DNA from: Squalus acanthias
Taxonomy: Eukaryota
Assembly: GCA_030390025.1 (NCBI GenBank)
Contig: CM059433.1
Coordinates: 1,612,001 to 1,676,000 of the forward strand
DNA length: 64,000 nucleotides
Direction: 5' to 3'
The translations under genes and the position numbers were made by a program. Positions 50,202 through 61,180 of this stretch are shown here, piece after piece (position 1 is the stretch's first letter; each line of letters opens with the position of its first letter). The notes under the pieces were generated by a model. The model saw only the letters and a list, made by a program, of their open reading frames with translations, was not told the DNA's origin and made no database searches.

Positions 50202-53200
50202 ATGGAAAACATCCTTAAACCATCGCGTCTTGACTTGGACCCAAACACCCCAGCAGCCGGTAAGGTGTGGAAACACTGGTATCGCACGTTTGACAATTTT
50301 CTCGAATATTGCAAGGCTGATGATGACTCAAAATTGCGGATACTCATCAACTGTGTCACCCCGAATGTATTTCAGTATGTCGAGGAATGGGGCAGTTACG
50401 AGGAGGCAATTCGGACGCTTAAAAGACTATATACTAAGACACCGAATGAGGTCTATGCCAGACATCTACTAGCTACAGCCCAACAAGGGCCGGAGGAATC
50501 CATTGATAAATTCCTCCAAGAGCTTCGCAGACTTAGTATGGACTGTAACTTTCAGGCGGCCTCAGCTGAGCTGTACCGTGAAGAAATGATCCGTGATGCT
50601 TTCATCTGCGGGCTTGCCTCCCCATTTATACGCCAGCGTCTACTGGAAAGTAAGACACTTGAGCTTCAGAGAGCTTATGACATGGCTTGCTCTCTAGATC
50701 TGGCAAAAAGAAATGCAGACCTTTATACAGTGCCCAGACCTCGGTCTGCTGCCTTAACTACAGTCAGGCAATTTAAGAGGCCACAGGTGAACTCTATTAG
50801 GGAGGACTTTATCCCTGACGATCAATCTGATGACTTCACTGATGAAGAGGATGATGACCCCACTGTGGCAGCCTCTTGGCAATCTAAGAAATGCTTCTTT
50901 TGTGGTGATGAGTTTCACCCTCGGAAATTCTGCCCTGCTCGCAATGCGTTTTGCAGTCATTGCAACAAAAAGGGTCATTTTGCAAAGGTTTGCCTATCAA
51001 GAGCCTCTACGAGGGCTTATCAAGCTAAGTTCTACCGAACTGCCCCGGTAAGGGCCTATCAAGATGTTCCGGCTAAAATCTATCGTGCTTCCTCTCGGGT
51101 TTTCTCTCGAAGAAACACACCTAGAGTTTCAGCCACTCTTTGTGCAACGACACCAATTACAGCTGCTTGTCCTCAGAACCTATTCCATGCAGCTACAAAA
51201 GCATCAATTAATGGACATACTTTAGATGCCTTAATTGACTCAGGTAGCACTGATAGTTTCATTAGGGAACAGATTGTTGCAGAGTTAAAGCTACATGTTT
51301 TCCCATCGGACCAGGCAATTGCGATGGCTCAGTCATCACTTAATACCAGAATTTCTGGCTTTTGTATGGTTGAAATAACACTTAATGGTCACAGGTATCC
51401 CTCCACCCGGCTTTCGGTGCTCAAGGACTTATGTAGTGATCTTATCTTAGGGCTGGATTTTCAAAAGCAGCATAAGAAGCTCACCATTGAGTTCGGCGGA
51501 TCCAAACCTGAACTCACTATTTCTAATATACGACCTCGATTACCGTTCTGTGCATTGTCAGCAGCTTCACTGGATGAACCCTCACTGTTTACCAGTATCC
51601 CTCCTCGATGCAAACCGATTATAACAAAGTCACGACGTTTCAGTCAGGAAGACCAGTCTTTTATTGCGGCTGAGATTTCTCGGCTTTTAGCAGAGGATAT
51701 CATCGAGCCTTGTTCGTCGCCATGGCGCGCCCAGGTCGTTATTGTTAAGAACCCTCTACAACCTCACAAGAAACGGCTGTGCATTGACTATTCACAGACC
51801 ATCAATCAATATACGGACTTGGACGCATACCCATTGCCGCGCATCGATGATATGGTTAATAAACTGGCTGAGTACACGGTGTTCTCAACATATGATCTGA
51901 AAAGTGCCTATCATCAGGTACCCTTGAAGGTCTCAGACAAGCAGTATACGGCCTTTGAAGCCAATGGACGGCTGTATCAATTTCGTCGCCTCCCCTTTGG
52001 GGTCACTAATGGAGTGGCTGTCTTCCAGCGAGCAATGGATGACCTGGTCAAACAGGAAGACTTAAAGGATACGTTTCCTTATCTGGACAATATTACTGTC
52101 GCAGGTCGCAATCAGCGGGAACATGACGCCAATCTCCAACGATTTTGGGATGCACTCCAGCACCGTAATTTGACATTAAATGCAGCTAAATCCATTGAGT
52201 CACAACCAACCATCAACATCCTTGGCTATTGTGTGGGCAATGGCATCATTAAACCTGACCCTGAAAGGCTTCGCCCACTCCAAGAGCTCCCGCCACCTAA
52301 GAATCCGGCCTCCTTGCGCCGGGCCCTCGGCCTGTTTGCATACTATGCTAAATGGATTCCTAACTTCTCGGACCGAATCCAACCTCTACTGAAGGCCAGC
52401 ACATTCCCACTAGACACAGCGGCTGTTGCAGCCTTTAACCTCCTGAAAAAACAGTTGGAGAAAGCGGCTCTTCACTCCATCGATGAGAGTCTTCCTTTTG
52501 TTGTTGAGTGTGATGCCTCGGAGGTGGCGATCTCGGCCACTCTGAATCAGGAAGGTCGTCCGGTGGCATTTTTGTCCAGGACTTTTCAAGGGGCTGAGCT
52601 ACATTATCCTCCAGTCGAGAAAGAAGCTACAGCCATCATAGAGGCAGTACGGAAGTGGACTCATCTCCTAGCTCGCCAGCACTTTACCTTAATCACGGAC
52701 CAGCGATCGGTCGCCTTCATGCTCGATAATCGAAAACGGACCAAAATTAAAAATAATAAAATCCAGCTTTGGCGGCTGGAATTGGCCTCTTTTGGTTACA
52801 CCATCCACTATCGACCTGGCAAGGAGAATGTGGCTCCGGATACCCTCACACGAGCATTCTGCTCCGCCATGGCACCCTCTACGCTCGTAGACATCCATGA
52901 TGGGTTGTGTCATCCGGGCGTTACTCGCATGCTACACTTCGTGCGGTCCCGAAATCTCCCATTCTCTACCGGGGATGTAAAGAAGATGTGCTCGGACTGC
53001 AGAGTCTGTGCGGAATTGAAACCTCAGTTTTTCCGCCCCTCGGGTGGTATACTCATACATGCGACCCAGCCAATGCAACGGCTTAGCATCGATTTTAAGG
53101 GGCCGTTGCCCTCTTCAACTCGCAACACTTATCTATTGACCATGGTCAATGAGTATTCCCGTTTTCCATTTGCCTTTCCCTGCCCCAATATGCTGACGAC

Positions 53201-54152
53201 CACGGTTATCAGCTGCCTTGAGCAGGTATTTGCTTTCTGTGGCATGGCATCCTATGTTCATTCGGATCGGGGCCCTTCTTTTATGTCAGGAGAACTCAAG
53301 GCCTATCTCTCGGAACGGGGTATTGCTGCCAGCAGAACGACGCCTTATCATCCGGTCGGGAATGGGCAAGTCGAGCGTTTTAACGCTATCATCTGGAATG
53401 CGGTACGTCTGGCTTTGCGATCTCGGGGCCTACCCAACCAGCAATGGGAAGCAGTACTTCCAGACGCATTACACTCCACACGGTCCCTCCTTTCGACCGC
53501 CACAAATACGACACCTCATGAACGGTTCTTCCGATTTCAGCGTCGCTCATCCTATGGGATATCTCTCCCGTCGTGGCTGACTGCACCGGGACCAGTGCTA
53601 CTCCGAAGATATGTCCGGGCGTCTAAGAATGACCCCCTGGTAGATGAGGTTGAGCTCACTGACGTCAACCCTACCTACGCCTATATTCGGTATCCTGATG
53701 GTCGGGAATCTACCGTGTCATTGCGGGATCTGGCTCCCTGCCCGCCGAAACATAGAGGGACACCAGGGGATGATATTGTACCAGGCACATCTCTGGGCTC
53801 GCCAGGTGCCTCTCATCATGATCTGGATCTGACGCCGGCTGGTACCTCACTCCAGCGTGCCGACCTGGGGCAGACTGACTATGAGCCCGTCGGGGCTCGC
53901 ACGCGCAGCCACGATCCACCCCGTACCATACGCTCGGAAACGGATCTGCCACAGCCCTGCCCGACACCCGTTCGGGCACCAGTACACAGTCAGGATCGTC
54001 CTGACCCCTCACAGAGCGGGCTGGATCACTCGGACTCTGGTCCACGGCCCGCGGCGGGTAAACGGGCTAGGGGCCCTCTACCGCTACGAGAACCCAAACG
54101 GGTGCGGCTCTCCCTCGTCCAGCGGCTACGAAATGGAGGGAGAATGTGGTAA
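50202..54152 (+). CDS. Single-frame Gag-Pol polyprotein, 1316 aa (Gag with two CCHC knuckles, protease, RT, RNase H, integrase)
   Basis: CFFCGDEFHPRKFC and CSHCNKKGHFAKVC; ALIDSGST; RLCIDY, YDLKSAYHQ, LPFGV, YLDN; ECDAS, EKEATA, ITDQ; H-x4-H...CSDCRVC, SIDFKGP, HSDRG, NGQVERFN. Domain order PR-RT-RH-IN is Gypsy-type. Confidence 0.96.
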   Translation: MENILKPSRLDLDPNTPAAGKVWKHWYRTFDNFLEYCKADDDSKLRILINCVTPNVFQYVEEWGSYEEAIRTLKRLYTKTPNEVYARHLLATAQQGPEESIDKFLQELRRLSMDCNFQAASAELYREEMIRDAFICGLASPFIRQRLLESKTLELQRAYDMACSLDLAKRNADLYTVPRPRSAALTTVRQFKRPQVNSIREDFIPDDQSDDFTDEEDDDPTVAASWQSKKCFFCGDEFHPRKFCPARNAFCSHCNKKGHFAKVCLSRASTRAYQAKFYRTAPVRAYQDVPAKIYRASSRVFSRRNTPRVSATLCATTPITAACPQNLFHAATKASINGHTLDALIDSGSTDSFIREQIVAELKLHVFPSDQAIAMAQSSLNTRISGFCMVEITLNGHRYPSTRLSVLKDLCSDLILGLDFQKQHKKLTIEFGGSKPELTISNIRPRLPFCALSAASLDEPSLFTSIPPRCKPIITKSRRFSQEDQSFIAAEISRLLAEDIIEPCSSPWRAQVVIVKNPLQPHKKRLCIDYSQTINQYTDLDAYPLPRIDDMVNKLAEYTVFSTYDLKSAYHQVPLKVSDKQYTAFEANGRLYQFRRLPFGVTNGVAVFQRAMDDLVKQEDLKDTFPYLDNITVAGRNQREHDANLQRFWDALQHRNLTLNAAKSIESQPTINILGYCVGNGIIKPDPERLRPLQELPPPKNPASLRRALGLFAYYAKWIPNFSDRIQPLLKASTFPLDTAAVAAFNLLKKQLEKAALHSIDESLPFVVECDASEVAISATLNQEGRPVAFLSRTFQGAELHYPPVEKEATAIIEAVRKWTHLLARQHFTLITDQRSVAFMLDNRKRTKIKNNKIQLWRLELASFGYTIHYRPGKENVAPDTLTRAFCSAMAPSTLVDIHDGLCHPGVTRMLHFVRSRNLPFSTGDVKKMCSDCRVCAELKPQFFRPSGGILIHATQPMQRLSIDFKGPLPSSTRNTYLLTMVNEYSRFPFAFPCPNMLTTTVISCLEQVFAFCGMASYVHSDRGPSFMSGELKAYLSERGIAASRTTPYHPVGNGQVERFNAIIWNAVRLALRSRGLPNQQWEAVLPDALHSTRSLLSTATNTTPHERFFRFQRRSSYGISLPSWLTAPGPVLLRRYVRASKNDPLVDEVELTDVNPTYAYIRYPDGRESTVSLRDLAPCPPKHRGTPGDDIVPGTSLGSPGASHHDLDLTPAGTSLQRADLGQTDYEPVGARTRSHDPPRTIRSETDLPQPCPTPVRAPVHSQDRPDPSQSGLDHSDSGPRPAAGKRARGPLPLREPKRVRLSLVQRLRNGGRMW

Positions 54153-54286
54153 CACAATACAGCTTCCTGTGACTCAAACTTCATCCCGGCCTCCTAATCT
54201 TTTGGGGGGGGAGAATGTGGTAACACAATACAGCTTCCTGTGACTCGAACTTCATCCCGGCCTCCTAATCTTTTGGGGGGGGAGAA

Positions 54287-54480
54287 TGTGGTAACACAAT
54301 ACAGCTTCCTGTGACTCGAACTTTATTACATCACTTCCTGTGATCAGCCCAGTATTTATCCTGGACTAATCAGTTGGATTCTGGAGAGGCATAGAGTAAG
54401 ACCTCTTTTGAATGTAGCACCTTTTTAGTTGATTAAAGCTTACTTTAAGTTCACCACGCGTAAGGCTCATTCTTACGACA
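54287..54480 (+). repeat. 3' LTR, preceded by two partial LTR starts at 54145 and 54216
   Basis: Direct repeat of 49930-50123; 71-bp periodic repeats upstream. Confidence 0.97.
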
Positions 54481-54945
54481 ACCGCTTTGTGGAACACCTC
54501 CGTTCAGTCCACAAGCGTGACCCCGAGCTTCCGGTCGCCTGTCACTTTAATTCTCCGCTCCACTCCCCCTCTGATCTCTCTGTCCTCGGCCTCCTAAACT
54601 GTTCCAATGAATCTCAACGTAAGCTCGAGAAACAGCACCTCATCTTTACAGCCTTCCGGACTCAACATTCAGTTCAACAATTTCAGACCATAACCTGTGC
54701 CCCCATTTTTTCAGACAGCAGGTGCTGATTTTGTTATTCCCATTTACACCTCCTCTAGACTCATCTTTTGTTTCTTAACTTGTCCCATTACATCTCCCTT
54801 CTGCCTCACACCATCATCCCTTTTGTCTTTTAATCTCTCCTGCCTTCCATCCTATCACAGACCTTCCCTTTTGTTCTTTCCTCCCCTCCCCCCCTTTCCC
54901 TGCCCCTGCACTTGCTTAAAACCTGTTACATCTCTAACTTTTTCT

Positions 54946-54982
54946 AGTTCTGACGAAGGGTCATTGACCTGAAACGTTAACT
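54946..54982 (+). ncRNA. Minimal hammerhead ribozyme motif (Penelope pseudo-LTR)
   Basis: AGTT-CTGACGA-A-GGGTC(ATT)GACCT-GAAACGTT-AACT. Confidence 0.75.
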
Positions 54983-56648
54983 CTGTTTCTCTCTCCACAG
55001 ATGCTGCCTGACCTGCTGAGTATTTCCAGCATTTTCTGTTTTTATTTCATGATAACTTCTTGTGTTCTTTCCTACAAAGAAGTTTGCTTATCTTCCAGTG
55101 TAAAATTCTGATGAAAGATCTACATGCAAGACACGGTGAGGAGTTTCCCAGCTCCCCACCGCACTGCTGGGGCATCACCGGCAGCGGCCACCTTATAGGA
55201 ACATTGTGGGTGCTTGGCCTGCCACTTTCCATCTATTGACATAAATGGGTGGAAATCATGGGTGATGCCCCCATTCTTTCCTGGCCATCCAACACCTGCA
55301 GTACGTGAGGCCCTGCAGGTGCCACTGAGCCTGGGAACGTTCCACCCATTAACCTACCTTTTCCCTTTCAAGATGCCGACAGACCTGCTGTCTATTTCTA
55401 GCATGTTCCATTATCATTTCAGATTCCCAGCATTTGTAGTTTTTTAAATTTTCATATTTACACTGGGCACAACTCCAATTTTCAGAATCTTAGATCAAAC
55501 TGTGCAGGTGGTTAAACTGAAATAGCAAGATAGTGCAGAACATGTGTAAATTAAAAGGGTGACAAATGAGATTTGACAACAAAGTAAGGAACTACATCAG
55601 ATGAAAAACAAATGGGTGATAATAGAACTATGCAATGTACTGGATCTGCTGCCCACCCTCGGCTGTCAACACTTTCCGGGTTCATAATTATGTAGTTGTC
55701 ATGGTGATACTTAGAATGGATTATGTTAGGAACACACCAAAGTTATATTGTGCAGCCTTCTTAAGTGCATGTAGCGATAGGACTGATCTGAATCAGTAGT
55801 CTCCTTATTGAAGAGCGTAGGGCTGTTATCATTCGATCAGTTGAAGTAATCTACAGAAAGACAGCAGCGGTGTTAATCGAGCACATGTCATATAAGTAAC
55901 CTGGTGCTTGTTTGTAGATCGGGTGTGAGATATAGGATTTTCTTTGCTATACAGACTAAGAGAGACAGCAAACGTAAAGAAAACATTTGTTTACATTATT
56001 AGTGTCTATCCATTATTCTAAAATTTTTCCCATACCACCATGTTGAAGACTGTTGACTCTCTATCTAAAATAAAAGCTGAAAATACTGGAAATATACATC
56101 AAATCAATCTGTATCTGAAAGAGAAAGTTAGGTTAAGGGTTTAGAGATAACCCTTCATTAAAGTTATGATTAAGGGTTGCATCAGGCCTGGATGTTAACG
56201 GGGCGGGCTATGTGGGGGGAGGTGGCGGCGTTAGACCCTCGCCTGCCTGTGGCAGGCAGCCTCCACACAATTAAAGTGGCGGGGGTTGGGGGGCGGGCGG
56301 TAATGCTTCAGAGACACCGCTGCCGCTGCCTGGCCACCATTTGAAACCTCCGCCTGCACCATTCCTTCTGGGCGGGGGCTGGGTTAAAATCGGGGCTCGA
56401 GGTTCAATCTGATCTGATCTGGACTGGGATCCCAGGCTTCAAGTCTTTGTTCATTTGATCCTCATGCCCAGACACAACCCCAACCAACACATGGGTTCTG
56501 ATGTTTACGGGGCGGCACATTCGGAGCAGGGGGAGGGTGGGGGTGGGGAGGGGTTATGGACAGGAAACCCGGAAGTACAGGTTTTCTGAACGCCTTTAAA
56601 AAAAATTCTGCAGGTTTCCCGGCCAAAAGCCAGCCTGACTGATAGGCT

Positions 56649-56789
56649 GCCTGTGGGGTGGGAAAGCCTGTGGGGCGGGAAAGCCTGTGGGGCGGGAAAG
56701 CCTGTGGGGCGGGAAAGCCTGTGGGGCGGGAAAGCCTGTGGGGCGGGAAAGCCTGTGGGGTGGGAAAGCCTGTGGGGCGGGAAAGCCTG
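56649..56789. repeat. 17-bp minisatellite GCCTGTGGGGCGGGAAA, ~8 units
   Basis: Read directly. Confidence 0.92.
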
Positions 56790-57177
56790 CAGCAGACGGA
56801 TGCAGTGGAGCCGCAGGTCGGGAGAGGTCGCAGTCGGGGGTCTAGTCGGGGGGGCTGGGAGAGATCGCCGGGGGCTGGAGATGGTGGTCGGGGGGCTCCG
56901 ATCGCGGTGCGGGAGCAGACAGATGGCGAGGGGTTTACACGTAAGCTCATTGGGCCGGGAGGAAGCACACTTGCTCCTCCTGGCCCACAAGCAGTGCTGC
57001 AAAGGTGCTTTGCTCACGGAGCCGGCCCTTCTCGCCTCCTGTTACCTGCCGGGTTTCCCAAGACCAGGAATAAAAAGGTTGTTAAAATGAGGCACGCCAC
57101 CTCCTTAAAAGGTTTTACCGACTAACTCGCCTCCTGAGAGCGGATTGGTCTCCCGCCTCCCATCCCGCCTCTATTAA

Positions 57178-57802
57178 CAACAACAACAACAACAACTTGT
57201 ATTTATATAGCGCCTTTAATGTAGTAAAATGTTCCAAGGTGCTTCACAGGAGTATTTTAAGACAAAAAATTTGACACCAAGCCACATAAGGATAAAATAC
57301 TGCAGGTGATCAAAAGCTTGGTCAAAGAGGTAGGTTTTAAGGAGCATCTTAAAGGAGGAAAGAGAGGTAGCGAGGCGGAGAGGTTTAGGGAGGGAATTTC
57401 CAGAGCTGAGGGCCTAGACAACAGAAGGCACGGCCACCAAAGGTGGAGCGATTATAATCAGGGATCCTCAAGAGGGCCGAATTAGAGGAGCGTAGATATC
57501 TCGGGGGGTTGTGGGGCTGAAGGAGATTACAGAGATAGGGAGGGGCGAGGCCATGGAGGGATTTGAAAAGAAGGATGAGAATTTTGAAATCGAGGTGTTG
57601 CTTAACCGGGAGCCAATGTAGGTCAGCGAGCACAGGGGTGATGGGTGAACGGGACTTGGTGTGAGTTAGGACACAGGCAGCCGAGTTTTGGATGACCTCA
57701 AGTTTACATAGGGTGGAATGTGGGGGCCAGCCAGGAGTGCGTTGGAATAGTCAAGTCTAGAGGTAACAAAGGCATGGATGAGGGTTTCAGCAGCAGATGA
57801 GC
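57178..57802 (-). mobile_element. L2 LINE 3' fragment with (CAA)n tail
   Basis: LADLHWLPVKQHLDFKILILLFKSLHGLAPPYL..GGRAFCCLGPQLW; TTAA on both sides. Confidence 0.88.
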
Positions 57803-58471
57803 TTAAAACCCAAAGTGGGTGGTTTAGAGTCGGGTTTGAAATTTTTAAAATTTGAACTTCTCACCCGACCCAATCCCACCCATTCTAGGGGGTTAAAATT
57901 ACCCCCCATGGTTGTTGTTTAGAGTATCAGCCTGTGCACTGAGAGCTCTCAGCCTCCAGGGCCCTCACCTGGGGGAAACAGCCCTATCGATGGGAGTTTC
58001 ATGCAGAACTTTAGCAAAGAGATTAGGGCTGAAAATTTCCTGGGAGCTGCTCCCGCTCCGCCGCTGTAACTTCACCAGACGTGCGGTGGAAACGATTTTA
58101 ATGGAGGTGCCACTCTGTTTATTTTAAGTGGGTAAATATGGAAACACTCCGACTCTTCCTGAAACAACAAACAACGCTGTAAAGGCCTTTACCTGAGAGA
58201 TCCGGCCCTACACGCCTCCCTTCAGCTGTCGGTTTTCCCGAGCTCCAGGAAATCTGGCCTGAACACGTTAAAAGTAAAAGTAAAGTTAAAATGGAGGCAT
58301 GCAGCCTCCTTAAAATAGCAGATAAATAAATGTCATATGAATTGTGTCCGTATGCTAAAATCACAAACAGTAATTTCTGTGCCTTTGTCTCTGATTTCCT
58401 GGTCTGCTTAAAGAAGGGCTCATCTCACAGTATTCGATTTAGATCCTGAGGATTTGTCTTGTCGGAATATT

Positions 58472-59226
58472 GGCCCTGAAATTCGCCTCTCCGGCTTGCC
58501 GCGGGGGTAAGGATCCCGCGCGCACTTACCTACCGCGTCTGCCGTTCTGCTTCTGGCCCACGGGGACTTCAGCTCCTGGGCCTCCTGCAGCTGCCGGCGC
58601 ACAGTGCTTGCGTGTCCCAGGGGCGCAGTTAGTGCGATGCGTCCCCTGGGATCACGTGGGCCATGGAGAGCCAATGGCAGCAGACCATCTTTCATTCATA
58701 GATTTGACAGAAAGACCTGTCAAATCTGTGAATTGAAATCGGCCCCAAAAGAACAGCTAAACTTAAAAATAAATTTAAAAAAAAACCATCACATTTTTAA
58801 AATAACTATAAGTTAAATAAATTAACTACTTTAAACAAAAATTTAAATGTTTGAAAACATTAACAGTGCTAAAAATAAACTTAACTTTCTTTAAAGTATC
58901 TAAAAAAGATAAACCTGTTGAAATTTTTAAAAAATTATAATTAATTAACCACTTACCTTGTTGAAAACGGCTCCTGCGCCTCCTTTTTAAAAGCGCAGGT
59001 TCTTCAATACTTACCCTCCCGGAGAAACCTGAAAAAAAACCTAAGTTTGCTGCGTGCGCACAGCCTCTACCGCGCACGCGGTTCACCTCTGAACCGCCCC
59101 CTTCACCAGACCGGAAGTTCCGGTTTCCCGCGCATGCGCAGTGCATGCAGGAAACCGACACTTCAGGAGGCCTTACGGGTGAGTACACAGCGCGTACTCA
59201 CCCGGGAAGGGCCGAATTTTTGGCCC
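58472..59226 (+). mobile_element. Harbinger-type MITE, divergent relative of family A
   Basis: TIR GGCCCTGAAATTCG / CGAATTTTTGGCCC. Shares GGGATCACGTG, AGAGCCAATGGCAGCA and GCGCATGCGCAGTGCATGCAG with 18773 and 40968. AATATT on both flanks. Confidence 0.85.
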
Positions 59227-59500
59227 AATATTGATCTTCCACATTAACACTAGAACAATCAGAACAACCAGGAAGGGTCTCCAAGCAGATTTGGAAGAGG
59301 ATATTCATTGTATACATCTGCTGATATCCCAGAGATTTATTTTTCATGGGGCCTTGCCAACTAGCAAGCAGTCCAAACACACCAGTCATTTCAAGCTACA
59401 GTTGTCTCTTTATAGCTAATCCTGATCTAAATCTCCAGACTAACCAGAACCTATTTTGTACATCCTCTGCCTTGAGCAGCCTCACGCCATGATGAGGACA

Positions 59501-60467
59501 GGACTCCTCAGACACCACGGACCCCTCGGACACCACGGACCCCTCAGACAACACGGACCCCTCAGACACCACGGACCCCTCAGACACCACGGACCCCTCA
59601 GACACCACGGACTCCTCAGACACCACGGACCCTGCTGACACCACGGACCCCTCAGACACCACGGACTCCTCGGACACCACGGACCCCTCAGACACCACGG
59701 ACTCCTCAGACACCACGGACCCTGCTGACACCACGGACCCTGCTGACACCACGGACCCTGCTGACACCAGGGACTCCTCAGACACCACGGACCCCTCAGA
59801 CACCACGGACCCCTCAGACACCATGGACCCCTCAGACACCACGGACTCCTCAGACACCACGGACCCCTCAGACACCACGGACTCCTCAGACACCACGGAC
59901 CCCTCAGACACCACGGACTCCTCAGACACCACGGACCCTGCTGACACCACGGACTCCTCAGACACCACGGACTCCTCAGACACCACGGACCCCTCAGACA
60001 CCACGGACCCCTCAGACACCACGGACTCCTCAGACACCACGGACCCCTCAGACACCACGGACCCCTCAGACACCACGGACCCTGCTGACACCACGGATTC
60101 CTCAGACACCACGGACCCCTCAGACACCACGGACCCCTCAGACACCACGGACCCCTCAGACACCACGGACCCTGCTGACACCACGGACCCCTCAGACACC
60201 ACGGACCCCTCAGACACCACGGACCCCTCAGACACCACGGACCCCTCAGACACCACGGACTCCTCAGACACCACGGACCCCTCAGACACCACGGACCCTG
60301 CTGACACCACGGACTCCTCAGACACCACGGACTCCTCAGACACCACGGATTCCTCAGACACCACGGACCCCTCAGACACCACGGACCCCTCAGACACCAC
60401 GGATTCCTCAGACACCACGGACTCCTCAGACACCATGGACTCCTCAGACACCACGGACCCTGCTGAC
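59501..60467. repeat. 18-bp minisatellite, ~53 units, three interspersed variants (GACACCACGGACCCCTCA / ...ACTCCTCA / ...ACCCTGCT)
   Basis: Read directly; generates the (SE[EG]SVV)n and (DTTD[PS]S)n ORFs. Confidence 0.97.
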
Positions 60468-60639
60468 AGCCTCCCTCTGCCTACCTTCTAGCCTTGGCTG
60501 GGGCATCCAACCTCGACCCCAGTCCAGTCAGTGGTCAAGTACTCGCTCATTGTTCAGAAGCAGACCATGGCTAGAAGAAGGAAAGAACCTGGATTTGGCA
60601 CAGCACCTTTCACAACATTCCAAAACATTTCACATTAAG

Positions 60640-60790
60640 TATTTTTTTTAGTTTGTTTTAGGGGATGTGGGCGTCGCTGGCAAGGCCAGCATTTACTGCC
60701 CGTCCCTAATTGCCCTGAGAAGGTGGTGGTGAGCCGCCTTCTTGAACCACTGCAGTCCGTGTGGTGAAGGTGCTCCCACAGTGCTGTTAA
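60640..60790 (-). mobile_element. 3' end of the 32521 LINE family
   Basis: GGGATGTGGGCGTCGCTGGCAAGGCCAGCATTT...GCAGTCCGTGTGGTGAAGGTGCTCCCACAGTGCTGTTA matches 32538-32667. Confidence 0.85.
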
Positions 60791-60924
60791 GACTTCTTTG
60801 CAAAATGGAAGTTCAACAAATTTGCCCGGAATTGTTGTTTGAGGGTGGGAGTGAGGTGGCATTAGGGAAATCAGTAAGGAGAGATGATGAACAATTCTGA
60901 CAGGCTTATAACTAAACACTTACA

Positions 60925-61178
60925 CAGGAACAGGAGTTCAGCCTCTCCAGCCTATTCCACCATTCAATTCGATCATGGCTGATTATGTACCTCAAATCCA
61001 ATACCTGCGTTTGATCCCTATCCACTGATGCCCTTGCCTAATAAAAATCTGCCACTCTCAGTCTTGAAAATGTCACATGACCCAACATCCACAGACTTTT
61101 GGGGGAGGGAATTCCAGATTTCCTCTACCCTTTGTGTGAAAAAGTGCTCCCTGATTTCACTCCTAAAGGCCTAGCTCT
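60925..61178 (-). mobile_element. Degenerate CR1 3' fragment
   Basis: AGGAACAGGAG..CCATTCAAT..GATCATGGCTGAT.. is CR1 UTR antisense. Confidence 0.65.
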
Positions 61179-61180
61179 CA

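Larger units (their letters stand above)
49930..54480 (+). mobile_element. Full-length, very young Ty3/Gypsy LTR retrotransposon (Mag-like architecture)
   Basis: TG...CA LTRs of 194 bp at 49930-50123 and 54287-54480 with one mismatch; ACCGC TSD at 49925-29 and 54481-85; polypurine tract (PPT) GGGGGGGGAGAA. Confidence 0.97.
49310..55050 (+). mobile_element. Penelope-like element remnant (RT fragment + GIY-YIG + pseudo-LTR) hosting the Gypsy and a Deu-SINE tail (~49458-49572)
   Basis: FFRYIDDC at ~49333; CNTCPF..FTCTSCNLVYCIRCSRCGLLYIGETKRRLGDR|FVEHLRSV..PVACHFN..QRKLEKQHLIF reads across the Gypsy insertion. Confidence 0.88.
56493..57906 (-). mobile_element. Family B Harbinger-type element with an internal 17-bp minisatellite and an L2 insertion
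   Basis: CAT TSD at 56490-92 and 57907-09; ends match 28644-30143 in reverse. Confidence 0.72.

Noticed and set aside
53700..54152. env or chromodomain at the Gypsy 3' end
   Set aside because: The tail is low-complexity Pro/Arg/Asp-rich sequence with no chromodomain aromatic pattern, signal peptide or transmembrane segment.
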